A stretch of DNA of 32,000 nucleotides from Candidatus Nanopusillus sp. GTDB taxonomy: Archaea; Nanobdellota; Nanobdellia; Nanobdellales; Nanobdellaceae. The notes beneath the pieces were generated by a model. That model searched no databases, was not told the DNA's origin, and saw only the letters and a list, made by a program, of their open reading frames with translations. The stretch spans positions 1 through 32,000 of the forward strand of contig JBMSAQ010000006.1 in NCBI GenBank assembly GCA_049414405.1, read 5' to 3'. Below, piece by piece: positions 1-8,739 of the stretch (within the stretch, counting starts at the first letter, position 1; each line of letters starts with the position of its first letter). Both the position numbers and the translations under genes were made by a program.

Positions 1-488
1 ATCCAGTCCAACTATCAAATGTATTATTAAAATATCCATATGCTATAAATACATATTTTCCATTATCATATTGTCTAGAAGGATCTACTTGGGGAGAAAC
101 ACCTACGTATGGGTAATATAGTGGATAATAATTTGTATAATAATTTCCAATTGCCATATAAATTACAATATTACTATTAGCAAGTATTTCATTAGGTAAT
201 TTTATCCACCAAATTCTACAATATGTACTTCCATTTACTAATTGACCTAAATACCATGAATATATGTTTGGAGTACTGTTGTAATTTGTAGTAAAGTATA
301 CATTTTTACCATCTGGGCGTATTTGATTAAATAATGTTGGATTATTTACAAAAGCAAAATTAGGACCAATAAGATTTTAATGAACCAAAAATACCCGAAG
401 TAAATGCATAAAATATTCCAGCAATTGCTACAGTTATAACAATAATTAATATAGTTGCTATTATTGGAGAAATAGATCTAATATACAT
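1..488 (-). pseudogene. Archaeal type IV pilin-like (class III signal peptide) surface protein. The frame breaks after 42 codons and the 3' end runs off the window.
   Basis: The minus-strand ATG at 488 encodes MYIRSISPIIATILIIVITVAIAGIFYAFTSGIFGSLKSYWS*, with the stop at 360-362. A short polar N-terminus followed by a ~22-residue hydrophobic helix is the archaeal prepilin/archaellin-type N-terminal domain. A second frame is open from 376 to position 1 (NLIGPNFAFVNNPTLFNQIRPDGKNVYFTTNY...YCRIWWIKLPNEILANSNIVIYMAIGNYY...). Its WW.K.P...IYM..GN pattern is reminiscent of DUF2341/lectin-fold surface proteins. Deleting one A from the AAAA run (plus-strand T run 375-378) fuses the two frames. Confidence 0.5.
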
Positions 489-509
489 ATAATATTTGTT
501 TTTTTTTAG

Positions 510-517
510 TTTATAAA
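510..517 (-). promoter_or_regulatory. TATA-box candidate (TTTATAAA) for the pilin-like gene
   Basis: TTTATAAA is centred about 26 nt upstream of the ATG at 488. The same motif and spacing recur upstream of many genes in this window, and no Shine-Dalgarno-like sequence is visible. Confidence 0.4.
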
Positions 518-593
518 AGTTTTGCATTTATAATGAATGGTATTTTAGATAAAATTATGAATATGAACTATAAAATATATAAAAAATCTTAAA

Positions 594-666
594 TGGGACC
601 GCGGGGATTTGAACCCCGGACCTCCGCCTTGTAAGGGCGGCATCATAGCCACTAGACTACGGTCCC
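594..666 (-). tRNA. tRNA-Val (anticodon UAC), 73 nt, no intron, CCA not encoded
   Basis: The reverse complement is GGGACCGTAGTCTAGTGGCTATGATGCCGCCCTTACAAGGCGGAGGTCCGGGGTTCAAATCCCCGCGGTCCCA. It folds by hand into a cloverleaf with a 7-bp acceptor stem (GGGACCG/CGGTCCC) and a 5-bp anticodon stem (CCGCC/GGCGG). The anticodon loop is CTTACAA (anticodon TAC), the variable loop is 5 nt, and the T arm is CGGGG-TTCAAAT-CCCCG with discriminator A. It is the only GC-rich island in the AT-rich surroundings. Confidence 0.93.
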
Positions 667-690
667 CTCATTTAATATTTTTTGTAAAAA

Positions 691-698
691 TTTTAAAA
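691..698 (-). promoter_or_regulatory. TATA-box candidate for tRNA-Val
   Basis: TTTTAAAA is centred about 28 nt upstream of the tRNA 5' end at 666. It overlaps the stop codon of the upstream 122-aa ORF. Confidence 0.35.
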
Positions 699-1061
699 TA
701 CTATTGAAGATTCATATTCAATTTCAGAAGTCTTTAAATATACTACAATTTTATCTTCTTTTATTTTTCTTCTTATTGATAGTAAACCCTTATCTAAGTA
801 AATATTAAATACGTAATATTCCAATTCATTCATTTCATTACTTTTTGTCAGTCTTTCGCAATCAATTATTTTACAATTTTTTATATTTAATATTTCAAAA
901 TCAGAAGTCATATTTGAACCTGCTATAAATGTTAATCCATTCTCTTGAGATAGTCTAATATAATATTTATCTCTTACACATTCCATATATGTTCCTTCTC
1001 TATACTGTCCTCCGCTCATTTTACAGAAAATCTCAAATTCTTTTTTGATTTTATTTTCCAT
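693..1061 (-). CDS. Hypothetical protein (122 aa), last gene of the trxB-DUF59 operon
   Basis: This is an ORF from the supplied track, and I recognise no family. Its ATG overlaps the stop of the upstream DUF59 gene (TAATG at 1061), which suggests translational coupling and a real gene. Confidence 0.5.
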   Translation of the reverse strand: MENKIKKEFEIFCKMSGGQYREGTYMECVRDKYYIRLSQENGLTFIAGSNMTSDFEILNIKNCKIIDCERLTKSNEMNELEYYVFNIYLDKGLLSIRRKIKEDKIVVYLKTSEIEYESSIVF

Positions 1062-1357
1062 TATAATCCCAATTCTTTTCTTACTTCTGGGCTTACTCTA
1101 TCCAAACTCCACCTATTTTCAAAATCTATTTCTATTTTCGAATTTTCATATATATTTAATTCTTTTAGTTTCTCATCTATTTGTTCTAAAATTGCTGATA
1201 TAAATGGACAAAGAGGTGAAGTGGGTAAAAATTTTATAACATATATTCCATTTTCTTCCCTAATATCTTCTATTTCTCCTAAAGATACTATATCATATCC
1301 AAGTTCTGGATCTACTACTTCTCTTAATTTATTTAATATATCTTCAATCTCTACCAC
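1061..1357 (-). CDS. DUF59/MIP18-family Fe-S cluster assembly protein (SufT/PaaD-like)
   Basis: The 98-aa product carries the family-typical N-terminal motif VVDPELGYDIVSLGEI and a conserved Cys (TSPLCPF). It overlaps the trxB 3' end by 7 nt. Confidence 0.75.
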   Translation of the reverse strand: MVEIEDILNKLREVVDPELGYDIVSLGEIEDIREENGIYVIKFLPTSPLCPFISAILEQIDEKLKELNIYENSKIEIDFENRWSLDRVSPEVRKELGL

Positions 1358-2322
1358 TTCTTTGTTTTAATATACATGAAAGCACTATATGCAGCTACAG
1401 CACCCTGTGCTGCTGAAGTAACAACCTGTCTTAAATTACATATTTGTGTTGTTACATCTCCTGCAGCAAGTAATCCTGTTATATTTGTTTTTCCACATTG
1501 ATCTACAATTATATGTCCACTTTCATCCATATTTATATTTAAACCTTTAACAATCTCTGACAATGGTGCTAGTCCTATCGCTACGAATAATCCATCTAAT
1601 TTTATTAAACTAATTTCTCCAGTCTTTGTATCCTGTAAAACTACTTCTTCAACTTTTTCTGTTCCTCTTATTTCTTTTACAACTTTATTTAATAAAAATT
1701 TAATTTTTGGATTCTTTTTTGCTTCTTCAACTTCTACAGGATCTGCTCTAAATTCATCTCTTCTATGAATTATATATACTTCCTTTGCATGTTGTGCAAG
1801 TACTTGTGCATCATGGAATGCACTATTTCCACCACCAACCACTCCAACTATTTTATCCTTAAAAAGTGGAGCATCACATTCTGCACAATATGATACACCC
1901 TTTAAATTTTCTCCAGGAACATCTAATTTTTTTCTTTGGGAACCGGTTGTAATTATAACAACTTTTGCAATAAATTCTTTGCCTAAATTTGTAAGAACTT
2001 TAAATCTTTCATCAGGCAATTTTTCAATTCTAACAACACTTTCTAACAGTGTTTTAGTCCCATATTTTTCTGCATGTTTTTTAAATAATCTTCCCATTTC
2101 AGATCCTTTAAAGTTTTCCAATCCGGGATAATCATCAATAATGTTTGCATCATTTAGTGTTCCCCCAATATCTTTTGTTATCACCAATGTTTTTAATCTA
2201 TATCTTCCACAATATAATGCAGCAGTATAACCAGCAGGACCACCTCCTACTATAATAACATCCCATTCTTTATCTAAATTTTCTGTAGCGGATATATTAC
2301 TCAGTGATAAATTTATCGGCAT
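1351..2322 (-). CDS. trxB: Thioredoxin reductase (FAD/NAD(P)-dependent pyridine nucleotide-disulfide oxidoreductase)
   Basis: The 323-aa product has an FAD-binding GGGPAGYTAALY motif, a redox-active CAEC (CxxC) followed by D, a second dinucleotide fold GVVGGGNSA, and a C-terminal GDV...Q motif. It ends with TAG at 1351-1353. Confidence 0.9.
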   Translation of the reverse strand: MPINLSLSNISATENLDKEWDVIIVGGGPAGYTAALYCGRYRLKTLVITKDIGGTLNDANIIDDYPGLENFKGSEMGRLFKKHAEKYGTKTLLESVVRIEKLPDERFKVLTNLGKEFIAKVVIITTGSQRKKLDVPGENLKGVSYCAECDAPLFKDKIVGVVGGGNSAFHDAQVLAQHAKEVYIIHRRDEFRADPVEVEEAKKNPKIKFLLNKVVKEIRGTEKVEEVVLQDTKTGEISLIKLDGLFVAIGLAPLSEIVKGLNINMDESGHIIVDQCGKTNITGLLAAGDVTTQICNLRQVVTSAAQGAVAAYSAFMYIKTKKW

Positions 2323-2343
2323 AGAAAAGATATGTTTAAAAAA

Positions 2344-2351
2344 TTTATAAA
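2344..2351 (-). promoter_or_regulatory. TATA-box candidate (TTTATAAA) for trxB operon
   Basis: TTTATAAA is centred about 26 nt upstream of the trxB ATG at 2322. Confidence 0.4.
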
Positions 2352-2368
2352 TGAAACTATTAATAATT

Positions 2369-2773
2369 TTAAAATATATTTATTTTAATTATCATGTCAA
2401 GACCTCCTTTGTTATTTGTTAATTGGTATAAACCTTTATGATTTGTTATCATTTCGATATTATCTTCTAAAGTATCTTCTGATAATATTTCTACTGGTTT
2501 TTTGTTTATATTCTTTTCTAATTCACTGTACCTAGGTTCTCTATAAGAAACATCAACAATAATTCCATATAATTTGTAAGAATCGTGAAGTTCCTTGTTA
2601 TATCCTGACAACTCCTTTGTGATTTTATCATAATAAGATGATGGTATATATATGCTTGCAATTACATTGATTTGGTTTAGAGGATTTCTAATATCTAAAT
2701 AAGAGGCCCTGGGTATACGGAAGACATATAGCCCTGTACTTACCGTTGTTATAGATTTGTAGCTGTTCCACAT
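2369..2773 (-). CDS. Hypothetical protein (134 aa)
   Basis: This is an ORF from the track lying between PDO and trxB on the same strand. I recognise no motifs. Confidence 0.45.
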   Translation of the reverse strand: MWNSYKSITTVSTGLYVFRIPRASYLDIRNPLNQINVIASIYIPSSYYDKITKELSGYNKELHDSYKLYGIIVDVSYREPRYSELEKNINKKPVEILSEDTLEDNIEMITNHKGLYQLTNNKGGLDMIIKINIF

Positions 2774-2813
2774 AAAAATTCAATATGTATTTTAAAATTT
2801 ATAAAAAATATAC

Positions 2814-3518
2814 TTATTTGGAAACCTTTTCCAAACTTTCTTTTATTTTGTTAGCAAATATTTCCATTTCTGCAATAGCCCCCTCCCACTTTGCTAAAAC
2901 CTTTTCATCTTTATTTACTATTGCAATATGTGGTACAGCATATACCTTGAATTTTTCGGCAAATTCTGGAAATTCGTATGATTCAATCATTATTCCCCTA
3001 ATATTACTTTTTACCATTGCAAATTGATGAGCGTGGTGTGTCATATATGGACAATAGGGACATGTTGGGGTTACAAATACATATATATCTATGGGCTCAT
3101 TTATTGATGCTAATTTTTTTGCTGTAGCTCCATCTATGTCGAAATGATCATTTGATACATGTATGATATCTTCTAAGAATATTGGAAATTCTTCCCCAGA
3201 TGGTAATCCATAAAATATAATCCCAGGATATTTCTTAAATACAAATATTGGACCTCTTCTATTTCCATATTTATCTATTAATAAATTTTTATTTTTCATT
3301 TCTTCTTCTACTTTTGGATCATATGCATCTAGGAATTCAAACTTTATTTTACTATTTATTTGCATTAATAATTCTCCAATTTTTCTTGCAAAATTACTAG
3401 TTTCCTTATTATTTTTTTCATCTAGGTATACAACTATTTCTACTGGATTTTTCAAACTTTTATCAAGCATTTCCTTTAATTTTTTTTTATCTTCTTCACT
3501 TAGAATTTCTTCAACCAT
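2814..3518 (-). CDS. Protein disulfide oxidoreductase (PDO, glutaredoxin-like, two thioredoxin folds)
   Basis: The 234-aa product has a CPYC active site in the C-terminal half (TPTCPYCP). Its overall size and layout match the archaeal PDO family. The N-terminal half lacks a CxxC. Confidence 0.8.
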   Translation of the reverse strand: MVEEILSEEDKKKLKEMLDKSLKNPVEIVVYLDEKNNKETSNFARKIGELLMQINSKIKFEFLDAYDPKVEEEMKNKNLLIDKYGNRRGPIFVFKKYPGIIFYGLPSGEEFPIFLEDIIHVSNDHFDIDGATAKKLASINEPIDIYVFVTPTCPYCPYMTHHAHQFAMVKSNIRGIMIESYEFPEFAEKFKVYAVPHIAIVNKDEKVLAKWEGAIAEMEIFANKIKESLEKVSK

Positions 3519-3541
3519 TTAGTAATATATAACACCATTAT

Positions 3542-3549
3542 TTTATAAA
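3542..3549 (-). promoter_or_regulatory. TATA-box candidate (TTTATAAA) for PDO gene
   Basis: TTTATAAA is centred about 27 nt upstream of the ATG at 3518. Confidence 0.4.
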
Positions 3550-3553
3550 TTTA

Positions 3554-4648
3554 TCATATATCTATTAATTCATTTAATTTTCTCAAAGATCTTAACTTAA
3601 AATTATTATTAACTTTCGCTTCTTCAATGGCATTCTTTAATAATTCTGCTTCTTCCAACATTAATGCTTTTTTAACATAATATGGTTTTCCGACCTTTGT
3701 TCCATGTGCAAATGTATATATTATCGGATCTTTCCATGATAATTCACTTCCATATATTACTTTTGCAGTATATGCTAATGCTCTTAATAGTCCAGGTCCA
3801 ATACCTTTTATAAAAAGTAAATCTTTGAAATTCTCTACAGTTCTATCAATTTCCAATGCCTTCCAATATATTTTATCAGGTATTTTCAAATAATAAGGTA
3901 ATTCTTGATAAAATATATAATTACTGTCATCATCCTTATTAATATATTTTAATATAGTATTATTTTTATTTTGGTAAGATTTTAACCTTATTATATATTC
4001 TTTTATTTTTTCTATCCTTTCATTATTAATTATTTCCAAAACATCTTTCCTTAATTCTTCAGATTCTTTTGTTGATAAATTTAATGTTTTTGTATTTGAT
4101 CCAAAACCAATTTGTGAGTCATCAAAATAATTTATATTTATCCAATGAAATCTCCTAACCTTTTGTTCTTTTATTGACATTTTTTGGTTTATAATAGTCA
4201 TATTGTCCCTTTCGTCAGAAATTAAAAAATGAAAATATAAATTATACCCATCTTGAATTAAATAATTATCAACTTTTGCAGAAGTTATTGATATATCCTT
4301 TATTTTATCCTTTAATTTATCTTTTATATCTCTTTTTTCTATCTCTTCTGTTATTTTGGAATCTTTTCCTTTTCCTCCTAAAACAATTATTGGTAGATTA
4401 TCTTCTATAGATATTTCTTTTAATGCTTTTAGTGTTACAGTAGTCATTCCAGAATAATTCCATTCGAATCCAAGTAAGCATGCTAAAGAATTGAACCATA
4501 ATGGATTTGAATATCTTTTTATTAATTCTTCCGTTCCAAATTCTTCAATAATTACTTTTACTATACCCCTTTCTAATTCTTTTAATTCTTTATAATGTGG
4601 GATAGGTCCTTTTGCCAATCTTAATTCAACATCGCCTACCTTTTTCAT
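3554..4648 (-). CDS. DUF763 family protein
   Basis: The N-terminal region (LRLAKGPIPHY...YSNPLWFNSLACLLGFEWNYSGMTTVTLKALKE) matches my memory of the conserved DUF763 N-terminus (..NPLWFQ....G.DW.SSG.TT.T...LKE). Confidence 0.65.
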   Translation of the reverse strand: MKKVGDVELRLAKGPIPHYKELKELERGIVKVIIEEFGTEELIKRYSNPLWFNSLACLLGFEWNYSGMTTVTLKALKEISIEDNLPIIVLGGKGKDSKITEEIEKRDIKDKLKDKIKDISITSAKVDNYLIQDGYNLYFHFLISDERDNMTIINQKMSIKEQKVRRFHWININYFDDSQIGFGSNTKTLNLSTKESEELRKDVLEIINNERIEKIKEYIIRLKSYQNKNNTILKYINKDDDSNYIFYQELPYYLKIPDKIYWKALEIDRTVENFKDLLFIKGIGPGLLRALAYTAKVIYGSELSWKDPIIYTFAHGTKVGKPYYVKKALMLEEAELLKNAIEEAKVNNNFKLRSLRKLNELIDI

Positions 4649-4783
4649 TATAAATTATTTATTTTAAATTGTACTTAAAAACCGTTATGTTATTCTTTTA
4701 TTTCTTTGATTTCACTTTTACTTATTTAACGTAGACAGAATTTAACTGATAATAAAAAATTATAAAAATTATATCTTATAATT

Positions 4784-5059
4784 TCAAATGCCTATATCCT
4801 TATAGTTGTATACTATAGATTTATACGTTGTAGCAGATTCAATTCCATAACTTAACCATTCTTTATCAATTCCTAAATATTTTCTACCACCATAAGGATA
4901 ATATCTGATTCTATGTCTCGGCATATCATTAATATATACAGTTTAAACATTCAGATATTTTGCTATTTTTCTAATTTTATTTGTATTATTTCTAAATATT
5001 GCTGTATTTAGTATATATCTCTTTTTTTCTATAATTTTTAATCTTTCATCATGATTTTT
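4784..5059 (-). pseudogene. Decayed remnant of a small helix-turn-helix protein gene (no start codon, in-frame TAA)
   Basis: The minus-strand frame reads KNHDERLKIIEKKRYILNTAIFRNNTNKIRKIAKYLNV*TVYINDMPRHRIRYYPYGGRKYLGIDKEWLSYGIESATTYKSIVYNYKDIGI*. The KIAKYLNV[stop]TVY segment resembles the recognition-helix region of resolvase/transposase-type HTH domains (..IAK.LGVS..TVY). The in-frame TAA is at 4943-4945, and no ATG opens the frame upstream of it. Confidence 0.3.
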
Positions 5060-5181
5060 TTACTAATAGTACTATAGATAAAAATACTTCTTTAATTAAA
5101 TAAATATGATAAATTTATCTCAACTTTTGGTTTTTTAGATAACAGAATTACACCCATCAATAAAAAATGATTTTCACTTTT

Positions 5182-5931
5182 TTATATATCTATTTCTAAT
5201 AATATTGGGACGTGATCGGATCCAAAAATATTATTCAATATATCTGCGTTAACTATTTTATCCTTTAACTCTTTACTTACCACACAATAATCAAGTCTCC
5301 ATCCTTCATTTTTCTTTCTTGCGATAATTGAATATGAAAACCAGCTATATTTTCTTATATTTCCTTTTATATACCTAAATGTATCAATAAATCCTAAAGA
5401 TAAAAAATGATCGAACCATCGTCTTTCTTCATCTGTAAATCCCGCATAACCTTTCAAATTTATTGGATCATATATATCAATATCCTTATGTGCTACATTA
5501 AAATCTCCACAAATTATGCATGGTCTATTTAAAGACAATACATAATTTTCAAATTCTTTATCAAATTTTAATTTGAAATCCAATCTTTTTAATGTTTCAA
5601 CCCCAGCATTTGGAAAATATACGTTTATTAAATAAAATTTATCATATTCCATGGTTATAACTCTCCCTTCAATATCAAATTTTTCAATTCCAATTCCATA
5701 TTTTACATTATTTGGTTTTATTTTTGCTAATGTCAATACTCCGCTATATCCACTTTTCTTTGCGGAAAATGAGTATATATTATATCCAAGTAATTGAAGT
5801 GTTAATGGTATATCTTTTGTTCTTATTTCTTGAAATAGATAAAAATCTGCATCATATTTTTTAATAAAGTCAATTAAACCTTTTTGAATTATAGATTTTA
5901 ATCCATTAACATTCCAAGATATTATTTTCAT
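5182..5931 (-). CDS. xth: Exodeoxyribonuclease III / AP endonuclease (ExoIII-APE1 family)
   Basis: The 249-aa product carries MKIISWNVNGL, LFQEI, ICGDFNVAH, GWRLDY and SDHVPILLEI, which are canonical EEP/ExoIII motifs. Confidence 0.9.
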   Translation of the reverse strand: MKIISWNVNGLKSIIQKGLIDFIKKYDADFYLFQEIRTKDIPLTLQLLGYNIYSFSAKKSGYSGVLTLAKIKPNNVKYGIGIEKFDIEGRVITMEYDKFYLINVYFPNAGVETLKRLDFKLKFDKEFENYVLSLNRPCIICGDFNVAHKDIDIYDPINLKGYAGFTDEERRWFDHFLSLGFIDTFRYIKGNIRKYSWFSYSIIARKKNEGWRLDYCVVSKELKDKIVNADILNNIFGSDHVPILLEIDI

Positions 5932-5972
5932 TTTATCAGTTTCCGGGTTCTACATCATTTTTCAGCCTACAT

Positions 5973-6734
5973 TTATTCATCATTATTTATATTGTATACC
6001 TTAATAAAGTTATTAAATATTATTTCTTCCAATTCTTTCTTATCTATATCCTTTATTTCAGATATCTTTTCTAATGAGTATACTATCTTCCACGAATTAT
6101 TTACTATTTTACCTTTTTCTATTGGATCTAAATATGGAGAGTCTGTTTCAGTTAAAATAAATTCTAATGGTACATTTTCTACAATTTTTTGAAATCCATA
6201 ATCTCTGTAAACAATTGTTGGTATTGACAAATAACAATTTATTTCAATTGCTTTGTCTACTAAAGAAGGTTTCCAGAAAGAGTGTAATACTCTTTTATTA
6301 TTATAACTTGTTAATATTTCTAATACCTCTTTTTCAGCCTTTCTACTATGAATTATTACTGGTTTCTTTAATCTATCTGCTAATTCTAAAAATTTTTCAA
6401 AATATATTTTTTGTTTTTTAATTTTATCTTCATCTACATTAGAAAAATCTAATCCAACCTCTCCAATTGCCAAAAATTTTTTATCTTTATTTTCTTCAAT
6501 AAATTCCAATATTTTTTCTATATCATTATCATTCATATTTACAATTTCTTCAGGATACAATCCTAAAGCATAATATATTATACCATACTTTTTAGATTCT
6601 TCAATTACTATATTCATACTATCAACATCTATAGAATTTTCAATTATATATTTTACGTTTCTTTCAATATTTTCCTTTATTTTTTCATCAACATCTTTAT
6701 ATAAAAATAGATGTGCATGATCATCGACTATCAT
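5973..6734 (-). CDS. TatD-family metal-dependent hydrolase/DNase (paralog 1)
   Basis: The 253-aa product has DDHAHL, GEVGLDF, IHSR, HSF and TETDSPYL motifs. Confidence 0.85.
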   Translation of the reverse strand: MIVDDHAHLFLYKDVDEKIKENIERNVKYIIENSIDVDSMNIVIEESKKYGIIYYALGLYPEEIVNMNDNDIEKILEFIEENKDKKFLAIGEVGLDFSNVDEDKIKKQKIYFEKFLELADRLKKPVIIHSRKAEKEVLEILTSYNNKRVLHSFWKPSLVDKAIEINCYLSIPTIVYRDYGFQKIVENVPLEFILTETDSPYLDPIEKGKIVNNSWKIVYSLEKISEIKDIDKKELEEIIFNNFIKVYNINNDE

Positions 6735-6736
6735 AA

Positions 6737-7396
6737 TTAGAACTTTTTCTTTAAATATATTAAAAATATATCTTCGAAGAAAATGTGTTTGCTATCTATT
6801 ATCCTATAATCATAAAATTTTGAATATTTATTTAATATATATTGGGGATTTGTTATTGAAGACATCATTATCAATATTTCTCCAAAATTATTTAATTTAG
6901 TTATGCTTTGATATAAAAATCTATCAATTGTCTCATATCCAAGCTTTCCTCCAGAAACCCACCGTTTTACTTTTATTCCCTCATAACTTATTTCTGGTAA
7001 ATATGGGGGATTAAATAATATTAAATCAAATTTTTCATTTATATTATTAAATAAATCAGAATGATAAAATTTTACCGATAAATTTATTTTTTCTATATTT
7101 TTATATAAGGAATTTAAATCAACATTATTATTTATATAATTTATATAAAAGTTTATTTTAGATAGTTTTAAGCATTCTTCAGATATATCAGAAAAAGAAA
7201 CATCTTTCGTATATTTATATGCTTCTAAACCTAGGATTCCAGATCCACACCCCATATCCAAAACCTTTTTATCTCTAGCAAATTCTTTTATATGATCATT
7301 TAATAAAAAGGAATCTTCTTTTGGAGGGTAACATTCAAGATCATAAATCTTATAATATATTATTAAATCATTATGTTTTATATATTCAAAATTCAT
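6737..7396 (-). CDS. HemK-related/Mtq2-like SAM-dependent N5-glutamine methyltransferase
   Basis: The 219-aa product has the SAM-binding motif LDMGCGSGILG, the catalytic FNPPYLP (NPPY) motif, and PKEDSFLL near the N-terminus, as in archaeal HemK-related methylases. Confidence 0.75.
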   Translation of the reverse strand: MNFEYIKHNDLIIYYKIYDLECYPPKEDSFLLNDHIKEFARDKKVLDMGCGSGILGLEAYKYTKDVSFSDISEECLKLSKINFYINYINNNVDLNSLYKNIEKINLSVKFYHSDLFNNINEKFDLILFNPPYLPEISYEGIKVKRWVSGGKLGYETIDRFLYQSITKLNNFGEILIMMSSITNPQYILNKYSKFYDYRIIDSKHIFFEDIFLIYLKKKF

Positions 7397-7435
7397 AATA
7401 ATATTTATTTAAGTTTTAATTTAAATTATTAATCT

Positions 7436-8404
7436 ATGCCAGAGAACGAAATATGGACTGAAAAATATAGACCAAAAAGATTGGATGATATAAAAGGACA
7501 AGATGAGATTGTAAAGAGATTGAAAGCATTTGTAGAAAATAGAAATATGCCTCATTTATTATTTGCTGGACCTGCCGGTGTTGGAAAAACAACTGCTGCA
7601 TTGGCGCTTGCTAGAGAATTATATGGGGATAGATGGGAGCAAAATGTATTACAACTAAATGCTTCAGATGATAGAGGAATAGATGTTATAAGAGAAAAGG
7701 TAAAAGAATTTGCAAGAACAAAACCAATTGGAAATGTTCCATTTAAAATTTTATTTTTGGATGAAGCAGATGCAATGACAAGAGATGCGCAACAAGCTTT
7801 GAGAAGGATAATGGAAGAATATTCTTCAGTAACAAGATTCATATTAGCATGTAATTATTCATCAAAAATTATAGAACCAATACAATCAAGAACTGTTGTA
7901 TTTAGGTTTAAACAATTAAGTAAAAAGGATGTATTTAATTTATTAAAATCAATAGCTGAGAAGGAAAATTTAAATATAAGTGATGATGCATTAGAAGCAA
8001 TATATTATATTTCAGAAGGTGATATGAGAAAATCAATAAATATGCTACAAGCCGCAGCCCTATATTCTAAAAATATAACTCCAGAGTTAATATATGAAGT
8101 TGCTTCTGTAGCTAAACCACAAGAATTACAGGAAGTATTAAAATTAGCATATGAAGGGAAATTTGTTGAGGCTAGAGAAAAATTAATTGATTTAATGTTA
8201 AAATATGGTCTTGCGGGGGAAGATATAATTAAATATTTATCAAAGGAAGTATATTCAATGAATATATCTGAAAAAGAAAAATTAGATATAATATATTATG
8301 TTGGAGAAATAGAATATAGATTATTAGAAGGTTCAGATCCGATAATACAACTAAGTGCTTTATTAGCATATATAGGACTTAAGGGTTTACAAAGTAGAAA
8401 ATAA
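7436..8404 (+). CDS. rfcS: Replication factor C small subunit
   Basis: The 322-aa product has [16 protein letters not shown] (RFC box II), Walker [10 protein letters not shown], a DEAD-like LDEADAMT, and SRC-like IEPIQSRT. There is no intein. Confidence 0.95.
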   Translation: MPENEIWTEKYRPKRLDDIKGQDEIVKRLKAFVENRNMPHLLFAGPAGVGKTTAALALARELYGDRWEQNVLQLNASDDRGIDVIREKVKEFARTKPIGNVPFKILFLDEADAMTRDAQQALRRIMEEYSSVTRFILACNYSSKIIEPIQSRTVVFRFKQLSKKDVFNLLKSIAEKENLNISDDALEAIYYISEGDMRKSINMLQAAALYSKNITPELIYEVASVAKPQELQEVLKLAYEGKFVEAREKLIDLMLKYGLAGEDIIKYLSKEVYSMNISEKEKLDIIYYVGEIEYRLLEGSDPIIQLSALLAYIGLKGLQSRK

Positions 8405-8477
8405 TTTTTGATAATCATTTTTGAAATTCAAGATTATAAAGCAATTATTTATATTTTGGAAAATAGTAAAATTCTAC

Positions 8478-8735
8478 ATGTCATATAATATTGAATATGA
8501 ATTTAAGATTCCAAAATATATAATAGAAGGGATTTTAGATGAATGCAATGCCGAAAGTCTGCATAAGAATGGAGATATTATGATAAAAAGGTTAATAGCA
8601 GATTATATATTAAATAAATATCCTGATCTATTTGATATAGATGATAAAAAATATGAAGAGATTTTAAAAAATATGAAAATTGAAGATAAGGGAAATAAAT
8701 ATATCTATGTTTATATATACGTAGATCAAAATTAA
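8478..8735 (+). CDS. Hypothetical protein (85 aa from the ATG; the track extends to a TTG at 8421)
   Basis: This is a track ORF. I prefer the ATG at 8478 because a TATA-like ATTTATAT sits about 26 nt upstream (about 8448-8455), matching the promoter spacing seen elsewhere in this window. I recognise no family. Confidence 0.4.
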   Translation: MSYNIEYEFKIPKYIIEGILDECNAESLHKNGDIMIKRLIADYILNKYPDLFDIDDKKYEEILKNMKIEDKGNKYIYVYIYVDQN

Positions 8736-8739
8736 TTTT

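Noticed and set aside
2785-3027. Track ORFs antisense to well-supported genes: 2785-3027, 5992-6192, 6167-6421, 7552-7842, 11964-12257, 15133-15372, 16069-16281, 16967-17149, 17568-17762, 18634-18819, 19565-19816, 20059-20280, 22870-23082 and 24314-24541
   Set aside because: Each lies entirely within, and opposite to, a gene with clear family motifs (PDO, TatD, rfcS, rfcL, uL4, uL2, uS2, aRF1, GatE, TFE and others). Their products are Leu/Ile/Phe/Ser-rich nonsense, as expected from the reverse strand of AT-rich coding DNA.
4943-4945. The in-frame TAA might indicate stop-codon reassignment or read-through, considered together with the NIKD aRF1 variant
   Set aside because: TAA, TAG and TGA all terminate well-supported conserved genes in this window. 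The interrupted frame also lacks a start codon, so pseudogenisation is the simpler explanation.
4950-5053. Possible C/D-box sRNA on the minus strand, with ATGATGA at about 5047-5053 and CTGA at about 4950-4953
   Set aside because: The boxes are about 100 nt apart, longer than typical archaeal C/D sRNAs, and no internal D'/C' boxes or terminal stem are visible. The sequence is better explained as part of a decayed ORF.
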